Assembly (NCBI RefSeq): GCF_000315625.1
Contig: NW_005434659.1
Location: 1 to 64,000 of the forward strand
DNA: 64,000 bases
Direction: 5' to 3'
From: Guillardia theta CCMP2712
Taxonomy: Eukaryota > Protista > Cryptophyta
A program made the translations under genes and the position numbers. This document shows, one piece after another, positions 58,369 to 64,000 of this stretch. The notes beneath the pieces were generated by a model. That model searched no databases and was not told where the DNA came from. It saw only the letters and a list, made by a program, of their open reading frames with translations. Numbering within the stretch: position 1 is the stretch's first letter; each line of letters starts with the position of its first letter.

Positions 58369-61300
58369 ATGTCGCAGTTCCGTTCTGAAGAAATGCAGCT
58401 TGTGCAGCTGTTCATCCAAAGTGAAGCTGCACATGACACCTTGCAGGCGCTGGGGAGCTTGAATGATGGCGATGGCGCCATTCAGTTCAAGGACTTGAAC
58501 TCAGACAAGAGCGCTTTCCAGCGACTGTTCGTCTCAGATGTTCGTCGGTGTGACGACATGCTCCGTATCATGAGATTTCTCAAGGAGATGATGGCGAAGG
58601 AGAAGGGCATTCGCAAGATCGATGCTGGCAGTAGGCTTCCAACTCTTCACGAGCTGCACGACCGTCTGATTGAGCTAGAGAAGGAGCTGAAACAGCATAG
58701 CTCTGCGTTCACCCAGCTTCAGAAGCAAGACAACGAGCTCCGAGAGCACAGCATTGTGCTCGAGAAGGGGGAGGACTGGTTCTCTTCAGCTTACAGCCGT
58801 GGGGTTGCATTCACCGCTCCTTCGACGCGTGAGGATGGCACGGTTGAGATGACTGCCATGGAAGATGGCATGATGGGGACTAGATCGCAGAGCATGCTCG
58901 GTCACATCGCTGGTTGCATTCCCAGCGAGAATGTGCATGACCTGTCGCTGACCCTGTTCCGTGCAACTCGCGGCAACATGCTTCTCCGTCATGAAGACAT
59001 CAACGATCCTTTCCCTGATCCAAACACGGGTGAACCAATCCAGAAGTCTGTGTTCGTCATCTTCTTCTCTGGAGAGAGGTCTCGCATTAAGATCGAGAAG
59101 ATTTGTGACTCGTATGGTGCAACCAAGTACAAGCTCCCAGAGGAGAGGGCTCAAAGAGACACCCTGAAGAACGAAGTTCATGATAAGAAGAAGGACATGG
59201 AAACAGTCCTGAACAAGACCCGCGAGTTCAGAATCCGCAAACTTGGAGACGTGAAGGGCAACATCGATGAATGGTTCGACTTTGTCATGAGAGAGAAGGC
59301 CATCTTCTACACTCTCAACATGTTCAACTATGACGTTACCCACAAGTGCCTCATTGCTGAGGGCTGGTGCCCGACAGAGGACATGGACAATATCCGGGAG
59401 GCACTTCGCAAGGGAACCACGATGAGCCAGGCGTCAGTGCAGACCGTGATCAATGTTGTGAAGAGTAGGGAAACTCCCCCCACATTCTTCCGCAACGCTG
59501 TGTTCGCCAAGGGTACGCAGTCGATCGTTGACGCGTATGGTATGGCGAGGTACCAAGAGTTCAATCCGGCAACCTTCTCCTTCATTACCTTCCCTTTCCT
59601 GTTCGGTGTGATGTTCGGTGATATTGGCCACGGCTTCATCATGGCATTGTGCGGGTTGCTTTTGGTTCTTTATGAGAAGAAGCTCGCATACCTTGCCAAG
59701 GATGAAATGTTTGGAACGGTGTACAAGGGCAGATACAACATCCTTCTTATGGGTATCTTTGCGACCTACTCTGGTTTTATCTACAACGAATTGTTTGCGG
59801 TCCCTTTGGAAATCTGGGGATCGACCGCCTGGTACTTTACGTCGTGGGCGATGTTGTTGTCCGACTCATGTTCTCCTCCTAGGTGCTCTGGTGAGATGGC
59901 TGAGGATGGATCCTGCATGGCGATCCCAGGTGAGGGACAGTTGGGAATGCGCGTCCTTGATGGGTCACTCGGCTTCCTGTAGGCACGGACCCATCGAAGC
60001 AAACACAGAAGTGGCTGAGAACCAACATCAACGAAGCTTTCGACCATGGCAAATCCACTGGAGCCGAGGTGCGTTGTGAAGCGCAGATGCGCAGCTGGAT
60101 CTTCGACAGGAGGGTTTCTGACAGTGGGTTCAGGTTTCCTGGGAGCCCTACCCCTTTGGAACTGACCCTGGTTGGGCTCACACCTCGAACAAGCTCAATG
60201 CAGCCAATTCGTTCAAGATGAAGTTCGCGATCATTGCTGGAGTCATTCAGATGGTGGCCGGAGTTTGCACTAAGCTCATGAACACCCTCTACTTTCAGGT
60301 GACTTGAGCATGCTGCCTCGTGCTCTCCTGACGAGTTTGTGTAGGACTGGGTCACCTTGTACTGGGTGTACATCCCTGAGATGGTGTTCATCAATTCCAT
60401 CTTCGGCTATCTTTGCATCTTGATCTTCACCAAGTGGACAACCAACTGGGATGCGACTTTCGTGGTCAACAACGACTTCGTGGTGTCGATCCCCCAGAGG
60501 TACTGCATGAACGACCTGAGCAATGTGCCCTGCTGGACTCCCCCCTTCAACCCCAGCAGGAATGCCATCTCGAGCTTGTCAAAACTTCCGAGTCACATGT
60601 GGTGCATGAAGAGCGACGCTCCCACCGCTGGTTGTGCCGTCTACAAGTACAAGGACAGGCTCATCGTGGAGTCCAACGTGTTCGGCAACAACACTCTCAT
60701 CGACCCGACCATCTTCAACTCGAGGGCCTGCGAGTCGTCGGCCGCTGGTTGTGTCATGTGGAAGCAGTCTCCTCCTTCCCTCCTCGACTCGCTCATCAAG
60801 ATGTTCATGGACATTGGAAACGTCCCGGTCGAGAACCAGATCATCCCCGGACAAGGCGGCCTTCAGGTCTTCCTGATCCTCTGTGCGGTGATTGCTGTGC
60901 CCTGCCTCCTGCTGCCAAAGCCCTACATCCTTAAGTGGGAGCACGAGAAGCAGTCGCAGATGGGTCACCGCCTCGAGGATGAGCACGACACGGAGCTCGG
61001 ACCAGCTGGAGGACATGGCGGACATGGACACGGACATGGCGAGGAGTTTGACTTTGGGGAGGAGATGGTGCATCAGATGATTCACACCATCGAGTACGTG
61101 CTGGGCTGCATCTCCAACACCGCCTCCTACCTGCGTCTGTGGGCTCTTTCCTTGGCTCACGCTCAGCTCTCGGAGGTCTTCTGGGAGAAGACGGTGGTTG
61201 AGATCGGCCTGGAGTCTGCCGACACCATGATGATCTTCATCTGCATCGGGGCATGGGCTTGCTTTACCGTCGGAGTTCTCATGGGTATGGAAAGCTTGTC

Positions 61301-61430
61301 GGCATTCTTGCATGCCCTCCGTCTCCACTGGGTTGAGTTCATGAACAAGTTCTACTTCGGAGATGGTTACAAGTTCATGCCGTTCGCCTTCAACGACATC
61401 GGTTCTGTCCTCGGCGAAACTGTCGAATGA
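58369..61430 (+). CDS. ATP6V0A: V-type H+-ATPase V0 subunit a
   Basis: MSQFRSEEMQLVQLF; QFKDLN; LIAEGWCP; ITFPFLFGVMFGDIGHG; NSFKMK; IHTIEYVLGCISNTASYLRLWALSLAHAQLS; HALRLHWVEF; four short introns between ~59830 and 60345. Confidence 0.97.
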
Positions 61431-61590
61431 GCTCAATGAGCTTGCGGGCCTTGATGGTAGTCATGAAGTTTTCTAGATTTAATAGACACAAGGCTAAAGC
61501 GATCCTGTACCCTCCTCCTTGACGTGCTTGTCTTTGTGTTGGTGAACTTTCAGTCAGCTTCTTTGCTTCTTCATTCTACATGTCGCTACT

Positions 61591-64000
61591 TCAGAGAATC
61601 ACGATTTCAGATGCTAGCTTGTAGTATCTCTGCGCTTGCTCTGCGTCGTTGAGGACCTGCTCCAGGTATTCGCCGTAGGCCTGCAATGGAAGTAAGAACG
61701 CTGAGGAGCCGGCGAGGATAAGTAGGCGAGGGGAAGACGTGGAACGAGGAGATCGAGGGATGGGGATGGCGAGGGAGGAGGAGGAAGGAGAGATTACCTG
61801 GAGGACTTGAGAGCACTGGGGGAGGAGGGAGAGGGCGGACTTGAAGTAGCCATGGACGTTGGGGTCCGAGTCTCGGATGCTCTGAAGGAAGTCCACGTAA
61901 AAGTCGATCACCGCCGAGTCCGACGGGTCCGCCTCGATGGCTCGCAGGAAGTTCTGGTTCGCGCCGTCATGGTCGTGCTGGTTGTAGGCGAGGAAACGCG
62001 CGTAGCTCGAGAGGTTGTAGGCGTGACGCGGGTCCACCTGGATCGCCAGCTTGTAGTAGTGCTCGGCTAGCTGATGATCCTCCTTCTCAGTCTCGAGGAA
62101 GGATGCGTAGTTCCCTAGGATGTCCGCGTTGTTGCCGCACTGCACCGCCCGCTGGAAGTGCGCGTCCGCCATGACGTGGTCGCCTCGCACCGAGTGAAGG
62201 AAGTAGGCGAACTTGCCGAGGGTGACGGCGTTGAAGGGATCCGCCTCGATCGCTCGCTTGTAGTAGACCTCCGCCGAGTCGTTGTCGTGCTGCACCTCAG
62301 CAACAAACGACGCATACGAGCCGAGGATGTCACCGTTCCTGGGGTCCTGCTGGATTGCGCGACGGAAGAGTGCATCGGCCTGCTCGTGCTCGTCTAGGAC
62401 GGAGGACAGGTAGAGAGCGAAGGCGGCCAGGTGGGGCCCGTTAGTTGGATCTGCAGCAACGGCCTGCTCGAAGAGGAGACGGTTGTCATCGATCGCATCC
62501 TCACGAGTGCGCGAGCGGAAGAGCGCGAAGCTTGCGAGCACGCGAGCGTCTTTGTGCTGGCAGGCTGCCAGTGCCCTGGTGAACAAGCGTTCAGCCTTGT
62601 CGTCGTCCTTCTTGCAAGTCTCCATGAAATGCGCGAAGTTGAGGAGGAAGTCAACGTCCTCGGGGCAGAGCTCCAGCGATCGCTCGAACATCTTCTCTGC
62701 CTCTTCGTAGTCACATCGCACGTACCCCAGAAACACCGCAAAGTTGGCGATCAGCCCAGCATCAGCAGGGGCGCAGTCGACCTGAGAAGTCGTCAGGGTC
62801 CAGCAGGAGGGGAGCTGGCGGGCGATCACCGCTCGGCGGTAGAGGTTGTCAGCACGTTCGATGAATGGCGCCATGTCCTCTCCCTGCCTGCAGAGGCTCA
62901 TCAGCAGGTTCGCGTACCCCCCAAGGTTCTCCGCCCTCGTCCCGTCCGCGTCGATGGCCCTGCAGTAAATCTCCTCCGCTGCCTCCAAGTCCTGCTGCGA
63001 GTGCGCCAGAAAGTTCGCATAAGCCCCCAGCACGTCGGCGCTATCAGGAGCGAGGGCGAGGGCTCGCTTGTAGAACTTCTCCGCCTCCTTCATGTCTCTC
63101 TGCACGTTCTCCGCAAAATCTGCTCGCATGGAGAGCACGATCGGGTTCTCAGGCTCGTTGCTGACCGCGAGCTCGAGTAGCTCGAGCGCCCTGTCCTTGT
63201 CACCCCGGACGTTGGAGAGGAAGGAGGCGAAGTAGGCAAGGTTGAGGCCGCTGCTGCCTTGAACTCCCACCGAGAGCTTGTAGTACTCCTCCGCTGCATC
63301 CATATTCTGTCGTACTCGTTCGAGGTAGACGGCATACCGGCCGAGGATCCTCGCGTTTGAACTGTCCGCCTCCACCGCCATCTTCAGGTACTTCTCCGCA
63401 TTTTCTTGCGAGTTTTCGTCGCCGTCCATGAGGTAAATCGCGTAGTTGCTGAGATTCGTCGCATCGTGCGGGTCAGCCTCGATGGCTCGCCTGTAGTACT
63501 CTCCCGACTGACTGCGATCACCGCCAACGTTGGACAGGAACTCAGCGTAACTGCCCAAGACGACGGCATCGGAAGGGTACAAGCTGATTGCCTTGAGATA
63601 CAGCTCCTGCAGCCCCAGCAGTCACTACCTTCCTCCTCTACCGCACGTCAAACCTCCGCTCCATCGCTGTCCTGCACCTGCAGCAGGGCCGAGGCCAAGC
63701 CAAGGAGCCCAACCACGTTCTGAGGGTCAGCGAAGTGACAACGACGGTAGACCTCGGACGCGCTTTCCATGTCTTGCCTCACACTTCACATCGTGAGCTC
63801 GCTAGCATCTCCTCCCACAGGACTCACCTGCTCAAGAACTCTGCATACCGGGCAAGCACCCCCGAGTTCTGTGAATCTTGGTTGATCGATCGCTTGTACA
63901 TGGACTCAGCGGCGTCTGGGTCGTGAAGGACTTGCTCGAGGAAGAAAGCATACTCGCCCATGATCCTCGCATCATCAGAGATCTGCTGCAAGCGTCATGC
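61591..64000 (-). CDS. Multi-TPR protein, 5' end beyond the right edge
   Basis: Many ~35-aa repeats of the type LGxYAxFL...AExYYKRAIEADP; further exons at ~63595-63640 and 63827-63983. Confidence 0.88.

Overview
Gene-dense eukaryotic nuclear DNA with short GT-AG introns, TTTAGGG-type telomere repeats and N-terminal signal/transit-like leaders. The style fits a cryptophyte or similar complex-plastid alga (inference only). No rRNA, tRNA, CRISPR array or intact transposon was recognised. About 13-14 genes, left to right: one or two hypothetical minus-strand genes (1-2031) whose splice sites appear to be supplied by telomere repeats; an intronless, frameshifted WD40-ankyrin-ADP-ribosyltransferase gene; a PH + single-domain voltage-gated cation channel + EF-hand gene; an SH3/TPR gene; a ~21 kb giant type-I membrane protein of Cys-rich sushi-like modules with in-frame internal duplications; an RRM-DTW gene; a RanBP2-ZnF-ankyrin-AAA+ (Skd3/ClpB-like) gene; a long coiled-coil gene; a degenerate SET/LSMT-like gene; a probable MED18; a Tudor-chromo-SNF2-ARID-ARID remodeller; a Nop6-like RRM protein with a signal peptide; V-ATPase subunit a; and a TPR gene running off the right end. 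The best candidates for an undescribed system are (1) the hypervariable-WD40 sensor fused to an R-S-E class ART toxin domain, (2) introns built from telomere repeats, and (3) the module-shuffling giant surface receptor. Exon boundaries were read by eye and are approximate unless stated.
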